Source: an uncultured Bacteroidales bacterium
GTDB taxonomy: Bacteria > Bacteroidota > Bacteroidia > Bacteroidales > P3
Assembly: GCA_900314725.1 (NCBI GenBank)
Contig: OMWJ01000010.1
Location: forward strand, 63,156 to 127,155
Direction of reading: 5' to 3'
Length of the DNA stretch: 64,000 bases
The position numbers and the translations under genes were made by a program. Below are positions 11,101 through 19,601 of the stretch, piece by piece. The notes below the pieces were generated by a model that saw only the letters and a list, made by a program, of their open reading frames with translations, was not told the origin of the DNA and did no database searches. Each line of letters begins with the position of its first letter. Within the stretch, counting starts at the first letter, position 1.

Positions 11101-11580
11101 ATAAGTATTTGATAAAGTTTTTTCTTCTATTCTTTTCTTTGTGCCTATGTTTGAATCAAAGGTAACAAAATAAGAAGCATAATCAGAATAAGGATGCACT
11201 TCAAAAGAGAAAGAAGAATCGGTTTTATAAATTGTTTTAGTTGTCCCTTGTGCATAAAACAAGGCATATCTTCCTGTTTTATTAACATATATTGCATTTT
11301 CTTGCAAATCTGAATGTTTGTATTCAGAGTTTTTTTCGCTTATAGCTAAACCACCATTGCCATATATTGAAAGATTATCCCAATTTATTTCTTCTTCCAT
11401 AAAACCCATTGATATAAAATCGCTATAAGACAATTTATAAACTCCATCAGATGCAATTCTTATCTTATACCAATGCCCTGAAGAAAGAACAGAGTTAGAT
11501 GGATATGTTACTTGTGCTACTAAATTCTGTAGTGCAGTGAATATAATAAGGTATATTAATAATAGGCTCTTTTGTTTCAT
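8170..11580 (-). CDS. porU: Type IX secretion system sortase PorU (peptidase C25-like)
   Basis: 1136 aa with a signal peptide. It has a gingipain-like catalytic region (YLGHGSPDHL ... ITSTCEF) and a C-terminal T9SS sorting-domain-like end (YNYPNPFSDGTNIILKF...). It is paired with porV. Confidence 0.85.
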   Translation of the reverse strand: MKQKSLLLIYLIIFTALQNLVAQVTYPSNSVLSSGHWYKIRIASDGVYKLSYSDFISMGFMEEEINWDNLSIYGNGGLAISEKNSEYKHSDLQENAIYVNKTGRYALFYAQGTTKTIYKTDSSFSFEVHPYSDYASYFVTFDSNIGTKKRIEEKTLSNTYDTTISTTPYYSFHKRELTNLLNAGKTWVGERMTPSSNTLSVPINLLNISPDYPAQIELDLATASASNVSFVVKLNNTQLENMYPSATSSSDIVALKVNKKYQQNISVPNSTINIQYNSANFSDKAYLNYILVNYKQNLILNNSYLRFFSINNPSLANSIRYQISNAPNVNTMIWDVTDINNAYMCNKIQENNNIFCIIPNDTIRTIVVVNGSNFATPIFVNQVENQNLHAMQPADLIIVSNTKFLSSADELATLHRQNDGISVEVVDVEQVYNEFSSGQKDFLAIREFLRMMYNKYVSEGKNPKNVLLFGDGTFDNKNILGYNNNYIPTYQSVSEYRNVGYVFTSDDVLACLSDYSENRTYDTLMIGVGRFPVNEIKEAEILVDKAKRYMSKQDLLENEDGDWRNFVMLSSDDADDLSEMYFIDNAEHIYTQIDQTQPYINIQKVYQDAYKEYTSSAGATYPDASKAINDRINKGCLLFNYLGHGSPDHLSGERLITMSDITSWTNYNKLPLMITSTCEFARFDLVDKQAAGEYAVLSENGAAIALIAAARKIASNNAINQALHKYALMRKTDGTPYTFGEVMMNAKNATNLQTAERSITLLGDPALRISLPKYNIKTTQINNSFYDDSISGFTTIDTSNALSKMYIRAEVVDFNGNKIQDFNGKVKIYLFDKKTTYQTLDNAGIGRTLTFELQTNLLHKGFAQVSNGEFEYNFIIPKDIAYNYGRAKLSFYAQDGSVDAAGYTNDFVLGGINENVDTIETRPIVDLYINDSNFVDYGITDENPTLFAVIKDSIPINIAGAGLGHDIVARLDNAANTFILNDYYVYDDQDVTKGYIIYPFSSLEEGEHTLSIKVWNIYNYSSDATIHFKVVNSGKEEYETYNYPNPFSDGTNIILKFNQANDVKSATIKIFNAQGRILKTINADEYINTYNLTPIHWDGRVDGGGMIGNGIYYYVVEIVTNNGDEIRKMNKMLVIK

Positions 11581-11679
11581 TTTTCATGAAGTTTTTGTAT
11601 TCTATCAAACGACAAAACACAAATATTATTGCATCAAAGTCTAAACAATCAATATAATAAAGCTCAGAAATTATCGTTT

Positions 11680-12462
11680 ATGATGATTATGGAAGATAAA
11701 AAATATATTGAGGCATTCAACAACACAATGTCTTTAATGAGAAAGGTAAGAAAAGAATGCCCATGGGATAATGCTCAAACCAATGAAACATTACGCACAC
11801 TTACCATTGAAGAAATTTATGAATTATCAGATGCGATTCTAAATAATGACCCGCAAAACATCTGCAAAGAATTAGGCGATGTACTTATGCATGTTATATT
11901 CTACTCTTTAATAGGAGAAGAAAAGCAAGAGTTTTCTTTGATTGATGTTATGAATTCTCTTAATGAAAAACTTATTCGCAGACATCCTCACGTATTTTGT
12001 AAAGATGGCAGCATAACTTACGAAGATGTGGAAAAGAATTGGGAAAAAATAAAACTTCAAGAAGGTAATCGTTCCACACTTTCAGGAGTTCCAGATTCTC
12101 TACCTTCCTTAGTAAAAGCCTATCGTATGCAAGACAAAGCCAAAGGCGTAGGTTTTGATTGGAAAAAAACTTCTGATGTTTGGAATAAAGTGCAAGAAGA
12201 GATAAAAGAACTACAAGAAGAAGTAAAAAAGCCGAATAACCAAGAAAGAATTGAAGATGAGTTTGGTGATGTATTATTTTCTCTTATCAACTATGCTCGT
12301 TTTATTGATGTCAATCCAGACACTGCATTAGAAAAGACTAATAGAAAATTCAAAGATCGTTTCCAATACATAGAACAGAAAGCAAAACAGATGAACAAAT
12401 CTGTATCTGATATGACGCTACAGGAAATGGATATCCTCTGGAACGAAGCAAAGAAAAAATAA
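11680..12462 (+). CDS. mazG: Nucleoside triphosphate pyrophosphohydrolase MazG
   Basis: Tandem MazG domains: ECPWDNAQTNETLRTLTIEEIYELSDAI, RRHPHVF and EFGDVLFSLINYARF. The start is set at MMIMEDKK; the ORF opens at 11629. Confidence 0.9.
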   Translation: MMIMEDKKYIEAFNNTMSLMRKVRKECPWDNAQTNETLRTLTIEEIYELSDAILNNDPQNICKELGDVLMHVIFYSLIGEEKQEFSLIDVMNSLNEKLIRRHPHVFCKDGSITYEDVEKNWEKIKLQEGNRSTLSGVPDSLPSLVKAYRMQDKAKGVGFDWKKTSDVWNKVQEEIKELQEEVKKPNNQERIEDEFGDVLFSLINYARFIDVNPDTALEKTNRKFKDRFQYIEQKAKQMNKSVSDMTLQEMDILWNEAKKK

Positions 12463-12495
12463 ACGTATTTTGTTGTCTATTTTATAAAAAAATAT

Positions 12496-12503
12496 TATCT
12501 TTG
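12496..12503 (+). promoter_or_regulatory. Bacteroidota sigma-A -7 box (TAnnTTTG) upstream of the antiporter gene
   Basis: TATCTTTG lies 37 nt before the ATG at 12541. Confidence 0.45.
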
Positions 12504-12540
12504 CAGTGCTGTAATAATCAACAAGTCAAATATTATTTTT

Positions 12541-14838
12541 ATGGAATCTTTTATTTTAGACCTTGCTATAATACTTATCTTAGGTAGTGTGTTTTCTCTT
12601 TTGTGTAAAATACTTAAGCAACCTGTTGTTTTAGGTTATATTGTAGCCGGATTTATAGCTGGTCCTCATTTTTCTTTTTTTCAAACCGTAGATCCTGAAC
12701 ATATTGAAACATGGGCTGAGATCGGTGTTATCTTTCTTTTGTTTGGAATGGGATTAGAGTTCTCTTTCAAAAAACTATTCACCATTGGTAAGGTTGGAGG
12801 TATTGCTGTTGCCGTAGAGATATTAGGATTATCTCTTTTAGGATTCACTATTGGAAAAATCATCGGCTGGCCTACATCTGATAGCCTTTTACTTGGAGGT
12901 ATGCTCATCATGTCTTCTACTGCTATTGTCTTTAAAGCTTTCTCAGACCTCGGCTTACAAAAGAAGAAGTTTGCAGGAATTGTCTTTGGTATCTTGGTTT
13001 TTGAAGATTTGTTCGCTATTATATTAATGGTAATCGTTTCTACTCTTGGAGTAAGCAAACAATTTGAAGGTTCTCAACTTATCGGTGTCATCGCAAAACT
13101 TGTTTTCTTCCTTGTTGTATGGGTTGTTTGTGGTATATATCTTATACCTACCCTATTAAAAAAGCTCCGCCCATATTTGAATGATGAAACCTTGCTTTTG
13201 GTTTCTATGGGGCTTTGCATAGGTATGGTTGTTTTTGCAACAAGTGTTGGATTTTCTTCTGCGTTAGGAGCCTTCATAATGGGCTCTCTCCTTGCTGAGA
13301 CTTTGGAACAAGAAAGAATAGAAAAAGTTATCACACCTATAAAAGATTTTTTCGGAGCCATATTTTTTGTTTCTGTAGGTATGATGGTTGATCCTAAAAT
13401 ACTCGTTGATAATTTCCCTATTGTATTAGTTATAACCTTTGCTTCTATTCTCGGCAAGATGATATTCACCACTACAGGAGTAAGATTAGCAGGACAAGAT
13501 TTAAAAACCGCTATGCAGAGTGGTTTTTCTCTTGCTCAAATGGGAGAGTTTTCTTTCATCGTTGCAAGTTTAGGAATGAGTCTTGGCATTATTTCTCCTA
13601 CTGTTTATCCTATTGTTATCGCAGTCTCTGTTATTACAACATTTACTACTCCTTATTGCATACGATTATCCGAACCTGCTTTTGGAGTAATCGAAGCTGT
13701 TGTCCCAAAACGTTGGCATAAAATATTGTATCCACAAAGCTCTGATGATAAAGATTTAAAGACATCGTCTGTTTGGAGGCAATTTATCAAAACCTACATT
13801 GCAAGACTTTCTCTATATGTTATCATTTGTTTGGCAATCTCATTAATTTCATTCACTATAGGAATAAAGTTTGCAAATAGTGGAGAACAACAATTCATCA
13901 AAAAGATTATTCTTTCCGTAGGAACACTTATTATCCTTGCAATCTTTCTTCGCCCAATGATACACAACCAAGGCAAACAGGCGAACCTCTTCCTTTCCCT
14001 TTGGACCAGCGATACCAACAACCGTTTCTTCCTTTCCTTTATGATTGTGATGAGATATGTGGTAGCATTTTTCTTTGTCTTTGTAGTGATAAACAGATAT
14101 TGGGCTTTGCCTGCATACGTTATCATAATAGTGGCTGCTGTCTTTTTCGGGCTTATCTTCCATTCAAAAAAACTAATGCGTTTCTATTGGTCAATGGAAA
14201 GTAGGTTTGTGAAAAATTTCAATGCTCGCCAGATAGTTCAACAAATGAATGAAGATGGTTCGCCTATGAGTGAGGTCAGCAATCTGCATTGGATAGATCA
14301 GAATGTCAATGTTGCTCCTTTCAAACTCGATGAAGATAGCGAATTAGAAGGAATTACGTTAAAGAATCTTAACTTCAGAAAAAAATATAATGTCCTGATT
14401 ATTTCCGTCCAACGCTCGGGCAAGCAAATTGATTTTCCTGATGGCGATTTTGTCCTTCATCATGGCGACAGACTTCTTTTACTTGGTTCCTTCCACAATC
14501 TTAGACACTTGGATTTGGATTATGATACTTTGATTATGGACTACAATGAAGTCAAAGTTCTTAATGATTTCAACAAACAGCAAAATGAAGACCCTAACTC
14601 CAAAATCAATTGCTTGATATTCCGTATTGCAAAAGATTCTGAGTGGATTGGTAAATCATTAATAGACTCTTCCTTGATGAAGGATAAATGTATGGTTATA
14701 GCCATAGAAAGAAATGATGCTCCTATTGTCAATCCTTCTTCTCATGTAATTTTTGAAGAAAAGGATTATGTCTGGGTTATGGGAGATAAAAAGATTCTTT
14801 ACAAACTATTGGAAAAGAACTATTTCACAGAGATTTAG
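12541..14838 (+). CDS. Cation:proton antiporter (CPA2/Kef-like) with C-terminal RCK_C/TrkA_C-like domains
   Basis: 765 aa. The N-terminal half is a multi-TM Na+/H+ exchanger type. It is followed by extra TM helices and two soluble repeats (GITLKNLNFRKKYNVLIISVQR, IGKSLIDSSLMKDKCMVIAIER). Confidence 0.8.
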   Translation: MESFILDLAIILILGSVFSLLCKILKQPVVLGYIVAGFIAGPHFSFFQTVDPEHIETWAEIGVIFLLFGMGLEFSFKKLFTIGKVGGIAVAVEILGLSLLGFTIGKIIGWPTSDSLLLGGMLIMSSTAIVFKAFSDLGLQKKKFAGIVFGILVFEDLFAIILMVIVSTLGVSKQFEGSQLIGVIAKLVFFLVVWVVCGIYLIPTLLKKLRPYLNDETLLLVSMGLCIGMVVFATSVGFSSALGAFIMGSLLAETLEQERIEKVITPIKDFFGAIFFVSVGMMVDPKILVDNFPIVLVITFASILGKMIFTTTGVRLAGQDLKTAMQSGFSLAQMGEFSFIVASLGMSLGIISPTVYPIVIAVSVITTFTTPYCIRLSEPAFGVIEAVVPKRWHKILYPQSSDDKDLKTSSVWRQFIKTYIARLSLYVIICLAISLISFTIGIKFANSGEQQFIKKIILSVGTLIILAIFLRPMIHNQGKQANLFLSLWTSDTNNRFFLSFMIVMRYVVAFFFVFVVINRYWALPAYVIIIVAAVFFGLIFHSKKLMRFYWSMESRFVKNFNARQIVQQMNEDGSPMSEVSNLHWIDQNVNVAPFKLDEDSELEGITLKNLNFRKKYNVLIISVQRSGKQIDFPDGDFVLHHGDRLLLLGSFHNLRHLDLDYDTLIMDYNEVKVLNDFNKQQNEDPNSKINCLIFRIAKDSEWIGKSLIDSSLMKDKCMVIAIERNDAPIVNPSSHVIFEEKDYVWVMGDKKILYKLLEKNYFTEI

Positions 14839-14846
14839 AAAGGCAG

Positions 14847-14965
14847 AAAAAACTCTTCGTTTTGAGAAAAAAAGACTTGATCTTTTTTTCTCAAAACTTG
14901 ATGTTTATGGTATAAAGACTTAGTCTTTTTTTCCTAACTCTTGATGTTTTTTCTCTTAACTTTTC
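14847..14965. repeat. Dispersed composite A-run/T-run mini-hairpin repeat, locus A
   Basis: The units are aaaaaactcttcgttttgag, gagaaaaaaag-acttgat-ctttttttctc (perfect 11-bp stem, 14864-14892), acttgatgtttatggtataaagacttagtcttttttt and cctaactcttgatgtttttt. It is collinear with the reverse complement of locus C. Confidence 0.75.
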
Positions 14966-15017
14966 ATTATGATTTTTCAAGTTTTTGAAAAAAGATTTTC
15001 ATTTCAGAAAAAATAAC

Positions 15018-15025
15018 TATTTTTG
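15018..15025 (+). promoter_or_regulatory. -7 box (TAnnTTTG) upstream of valS
   Basis: TATTTTTG lies 25 nt before the ATG at 15051. Confidence 0.45.
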
Positions 15026-15050
15026 CAAATTGTTAAAAATCTATACTACT

Positions 15051-17678
15051 ATGGCAGAATTGGAATCAAAATATATTGCGAAGAATGTTGAGAAGAAATG
15101 GTACGAACAATGGTTAAGCAAGAATGCTTTTCACTCTGTACCAGATGAAAGAAAACCTTACACAATTGTAATTCCACCTCCTAATGTTACAGGCGTACTT
15201 CACATGGGACACATGTTGAATGAGACTATTCAGGACGTACTTTGCAGAAAAGAACGTATGAACGGCAAGAACGTCTGCTGGGTTCCTGGTACTGACCATG
15301 CAAGTATAGCGACAGAAGCTAAGGTTGTCAATCTTCTTAAAGAGAAAGGCATAAACAAAAGCGACCTTACACGAGAGAAATTCCTTAAACATGCTTGGCA
15401 ATGGAAAGAAGAAAAGGGAGGCATTATTCTTCAGCAGTTGAAAACTTTAGGATGTTGTTGTGATTGGGATAGAACCAGATTCACGATGGATGAAGATATG
15501 AGCGAGGCTGTGATAAAGGTGTTCTGCAACCTTTATGATAAGGGTTTAATTTACAGAGGTGTTCGTATGGTGAATTGGGATCCTAAAGCATTAACGGCTG
15601 TTAGCGATGAGGAAGTAATATATAAGGATCAACACTCTAAACTTTATTATCTAAAATATCGGCTAAGTGATGATAAGGATAAGTATGTTGTTGTAGCAAC
15701 TACACGTCCAGAGACTATAATGGGAGATACTGCCGTTTGTGTCAATCCTAATGATGAGAGGTTTAATTATTTAAAAGGAAAGAAGTTGATTGTACCTGTG
15801 GTAAATAGAGAAGTGCCTGTTATTTTTGATGAGTATGTTGATATGACTTTCGGAACAGGAGCTTTAAAGGTTACCCCTGCACATGATATCAATGACTATA
15901 ATCTTGGAATCAAACATAAACTAAATTCTATCAATATTTTCAACGACAACGGAACTCTAAACGAGAACGGATTAAAGTACAAAGGCTTAGACAGATTTGA
16001 TTGCAGAAAACAGATTGTTGAAGACTTACAAGCAGAAGGTTTAATGGAGAAAATAGAAGACTATGATAATAAGATAGGTCTTTCCGAACGCACCTCTGTT
16101 CCTATTGAACCAAAACTAAGTATGCAATGGTTCTGCAAAATGAAAGATATGGCTAAACCAGCCTTGGAAGTTGTGGAAAATGGAAAAATAAAATTCCACC
16201 CAGAGAAGTTCATCAACACATACAGACACTGGATGGAAGACACAAAAGACTGGTGTATTTCTCGCCAACTTTGGTGGGGACACAGAATACCTGCTTACTA
16301 TCTTCCAAATAATGAGTTTGTTGTTGCTCCAAGTTTGGAAGAGGCTTACAAAAAAGCACAGGCTATACTACCAAACATAAAGATAGAAGAGTTGAAGCAA
16401 GATGAAGATGTTTTAGACACATGGTTCTCTTCTTGGCTGTGGCCTATCAGTTGTTTTAACGGCATAAATGAGCCTGATAACGAAGAAATAAAATACTACT
16501 ACCCTACTTCTGACTTGATAACAGGACCTGATATTATCTTCTTCTGGGTTGCAAGAATGATAATGGCAGGATTAGAGTTTAGAAAAGAAATACCATTCCA
16601 TAATGTTTATTTTACTGGAATAGTAAGAGATAAACTTGGAAGAAAGATGTCAAAAACTCTTGGCAACTCTCCTGATCCACTGCTATTAATAGATAAATAT
16701 GGAGCAGACGGCGTGAGAATGGGAATGCTTATGTCATCCCCTGCTGGAAACGACCTTCCTTTTGATGAAGCATATTGCGAACAAGGAAGAAACTTTGCCA
16801 ATAAAATATGGAATGCATTAAGACTAATAAAAGGCTGGAGCGTAGAAGTTTTGCCTCAACCTGAACATTCCAAACTTGCTATTGAATGGTTTTTGCAAAG
16901 AATGAATGTTGTCTTGGAACAAATAGAAGATGATTTTTCAAAATATCGTTTAAGTGAATGTCTGAAAAATATCTACACTTTTATTTGGGACGATTTCTGT
17001 TCTTGGTTCTTGGAAATAGTCAAACCAGAATATCAAAAGCCTATAGATAAAGAAACTTTTGAGCAGACAATCTCTATCTTTGAGTCTTTAATGAAAATTC
17101 TTCAACCTTTTATGCCTTTTGTTACAGAAGAAATCTATCATAACTTAAAAGAAAGAGAAGATGATGAGTTTTTAATGGATACTTCCTACCCTAAATGTAC
17201 AGAAAACGAACATTTAATGGATAAGGAATTTTCATTCATCAAAGAGATTATCACCGCTATTCGTGGTCTTAGAAACTCCAAAGGTATTTCTCCTAAAGAG
17301 GTTTTACAATGCTTTATCAAAGAAAACGAAGATAAAGATGTAATATCTAAATACGAAAGCATCATCACAAAACTTGCCAACGTAGAAAAAATAGTCTTCG
17401 TCCAAAATAAACAAGAAGGAGCTGCAAGTTTAATGGTTCGTACAACGGAAATCTTTATCCCCGTTTCTCAAAATATTAATAAGGAAGAAGAAATCAAGAA
17501 AATAAACGAGCAGATAAAATACTATGAAGGCTTTATTCTTTCTATAAACAAAAAACTTTCTAATGAGAAATTTGTTAATAATGCTCCTGAGAAAGTTGTT
17601 GCTTTAGAAAGAAAGAAGTTAGCAGATTGCGAAACAAAACTTGCTGCTCTTAGACAAGAACTTTCATCTTTAAAATAA
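15051..17678 (+). CDS. valS: Valine--tRNA ligase
   Basis: HIGH-type motif [16 protein letters not shown] motif KMSKTLGNS and a C-terminal coiled coil. The start is set at MAELESKY (15051); the ORF opens at 14985. Confidence 0.95.
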   Translation: MAELESKYIAKNVEKKWYEQWLSKNAFHSVPDERKPYTIVIPPPNVTGVLHMGHMLNETIQDVLCRKERMNGKNVCWVPGTDHASIATEAKVVNLLKEKGINKSDLTREKFLKHAWQWKEEKGGIILQQLKTLGCCCDWDRTRFTMDEDMSEAVIKVFCNLYDKGLIYRGVRMVNWDPKALTAVSDEEVIYKDQHSKLYYLKYRLSDDKDKYVVVATTRPETIMGDTAVCVNPNDERFNYLKGKKLIVPVVNREVPVIFDEYVDMTFGTGALKVTPAHDINDYNLGIKHKLNSINIFNDNGTLNENGLKYKGLDRFDCRKQIVEDLQAEGLMEKIEDYDNKIGLSERTSVPIEPKLSMQWFCKMKDMAKPALEVVENGKIKFHPEKFINTYRHWMEDTKDWCISRQLWWGHRIPAYYLPNNEFVVAPSLEEAYKKAQAILPNIKIEELKQDEDVLDTWFSSWLWPISCFNGINEPDNEEIKYYYPTSDLITGPDIIFFWVARMIMAGLEFRKEIPFHNVYFTGIVRDKLGRKMSKTLGNSPDPLLLIDKYGADGVRMGMLMSSPAGNDLPFDEAYCEQGRNFANKIWNALRLIKGWSVEVLPQPEHSKLAIEWFLQRMNVVLEQIEDDFSKYRLSECLKNIYTFIWDDFCSWFLEIVKPEYQKPIDKETFEQTISIFESLMKILQPFMPFVTEEIYHNLKEREDDEFLMDTSYPKCTENEHLMDKEFSFIKEIITAIRGLRNSKGISPKEVLQCFIKENEDKDVISKYESIITKLANVEKIVFVQNKQEGAASLMVRTTEIFIPVSQNINKEEEIKKINEQIKYYEGFILSINKKLSNEKFVNNAPEKVVALERKKLADCETKLAALRQELSSLK

Positions 17679-17705
17679 AGAAAACAAACTCTGTTATAGC
17701 TCATA

Positions 17706-18257
17706 ATGAACGTAAAAGAAACACATATAAAGGGTCTGCTTATCATTGAGCCTAAAATATTCAAAGATGAGAGAGGCTATTTCTTTGAATCCTTCTCTGA
17801 AAGAGATTTCAATAAATTCTTGGGGGATATTAAGTTTGTTCAAGATAACGAAAGCAAATCTACATACGGAGTTCTTAGAGGCTTACATTTCCAAAAAGGA
17901 GAATATGCTCAAAGTAAGCTGGTTCGTGTTGTCAAAGGCAAGGTTTTGGATGTTGCAGTAGATATCAGAAAAAATTCAAAGACCTTCGGACAATACCATT
18001 CTATAATACTAAGTGAAGAGAACAAACTCCAATTTTTTATTCCCAAAGGCTTTGCTCACGGTTTTGCAGTGCTGAGTGATGAAGTAATCTTTCAATACAA
18101 ATGCGACACCTTCTACTCCAAAGAAAACGAAGGAGCTATCATTTGGAACGACAAGACTTTGAATATTGACTGGCTTTTACCTGAAAAAGATGTTATCCTT
18201 TCTGAAAAAGACAAGCATCATCCTACTTTTGAGGAATATAAAGCAAGTATTATCTAA
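17706..18257 (+). CDS. rfbC: dTDP-4-dehydrorhamnose 3,5-epimerase
   Basis: 183 aa with DERGYFFESF, LRGLHFQ, KLVRVVKGKVLDVAVDIR and PKGFAHGF. Confidence 0.95.
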   Translation: MNVKETHIKGLLIIEPKIFKDERGYFFESFSERDFNKFLGDIKFVQDNESKSTYGVLRGLHFQKGEYAQSKLVRVVKGKVLDVAVDIRKNSKTFGQYHSIILSEENKLQFFIPKGFAHGFAVLSDEVIFQYKCDTFYSKENEGAIIWNDKTLNIDWLLPEKDVILSEKDKHHPTFEEYKASII

Positions 18258-18269
18258 CTTATTCTTTTT

Positions 18270-19550
18270 ATGAACTTGAGTAACGTAAATATTGCTGTCG
18301 TTGGTTTAGGTTATGTTGGCCTGCCGTTGGCTTGCATGTTCGCAAAAAAATATAATGTTGTCGGTTATGATACAAAAGAGGAAAGGATAAAGAATATCAA
18401 CAAAGCCATAGATGATAATGACGAAATTCCATCCTCTATCCTTCAAAGGGCGATAAACAGAGGCTTTTTTGCAAGTTCTAATATTGAGGATATCAAGCAG
18501 TATAACTTTTATATCATTACAGTTCCCACACCTGTTGATGAAAATAATAAAGTAGATTTACGTTGTCTGCTCTCTGCCACAAAGACAGTCGCACAAATAT
18601 TAAAAAAGAACGATATTGTAGTTTATGAATCTACAGTCTATCCTGGAATGACCGAAGAAGAGTGTGTGCCATTGATAGAAAGAATATCTCATTTGGAATA
18701 CAACAAGGACTTTTTTGTTGGCTACTCTCCTGAAAGAATAAATCCCGGAGACAGCATTCATAGTGTGGAAACAATAAAAAAAGTAACCTCTGGTTCTACT
18801 CCAGAAATAGCGGACTTCATTGATGATGTTTACAACTCTGTCTTAGAAAATGGGACATTCAAAGCTTCTTGCATAAAAGTAGCCGAAGCTGCCAAAATAA
18901 TAGAAAACACTCAACGAGATGTGAATATTGCCTTTATGAATGAACTTGCTAAAATCTTTAACGCTATGGGTATTGATACTAAAGAAGTTATTGAAGCGGC
19001 ATCTTCAAAGTGGAATTTTATTAAACTATATCCCGGTTTAGTAGGTGGTCATTGCATAAGCGTTGATCCTTATTATTTGATTCAAAAAGCAGAAGTCTAT
19101 GGTCTTAGACCTCGTCTGCTTATGAACGCAAGGGAATTGAATGATGCTATGGGTACTTATGTTGCTAATCAGGTAATAAAACAAATGAACAAAAAAGGTA
19201 TAGTTATTAAGGATTCCAAAATACTTATACTTGGCTTTACCTTTAAAGAAAACTGCTCCGATATAAGAAACACAAAGGTCAAGGATATTTATTCTGTTCT
19301 CAAAGAATACACTGACGACATAACAGTCTTTGATCCACACGCTAATAAAGAAAAAGTTCTTAACGAATACAATATTAATATAACAAACACTGCTCCAAAA
19401 GAAAAAGGCTATGATTGTGTTGTAATAGCTGTTGCTCACAAAGAATTTCACGGACTAAACCCACGCTCTTTTCTTAAAGATGCGAATAAAGGTATAGTCT
19501 ATGATGTAAAAGGTCTATTTGACAAACAACTCATAGACTATAGGCTATAA
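18270..19550 (+). CDS. Nucleotide-sugar 6-dehydrogenase (TviB/WbpO-like UDP-sugar dehydrogenase family)
   Basis: 426 aa. It has the Rossmann motif VVGLGYVGLPLA, the catalytic Cys context GLVGGHCIS and the three-domain UDPG/MGDP dehydrogenase layout. Confidence 0.85.
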   Translation: MNLSNVNIAVVGLGYVGLPLACMFAKKYNVVGYDTKEERIKNINKAIDDNDEIPSSILQRAINRGFFASSNIEDIKQYNFYIITVPTPVDENNKVDLRCLLSATKTVAQILKKNDIVVYESTVYPGMTEEECVPLIERISHLEYNKDFFVGYSPERINPGDSIHSVETIKKVTSGSTPEIADFIDDVYNSVLENGTFKASCIKVAEAAKIIENTQRDVNIAFMNELAKIFNAMGIDTKEVIEAASSKWNFIKLYPGLVGGHCISVDPYYLIQKAEVYGLRPRLLMNARELNDAMGTYVANQVIKQMNKKGIVIKDSKILILGFTFKENCSDIRNTKVKDIYSVLKEYTDDITVFDPHANKEKVLNEYNINITNTAPKEKGYDCVVIAVAHKEFHGLNPRSFLKDANKGIVYDVKGLFDKQLIDYRL

Positions 19551-19601
19551 TCAAAATTTATTGTACTTTTGCCAAAATAAATTTTGATACACTATAAAAA
19601 T

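Noticed and set aside
14847-14965. The short repeated units might be a degenerate CRISPR array.
   Set aside because: The units are about 20 bp and directly abutting, with no spacers. They are degenerate and occur in both orientations at four loci. No cas genes are present.
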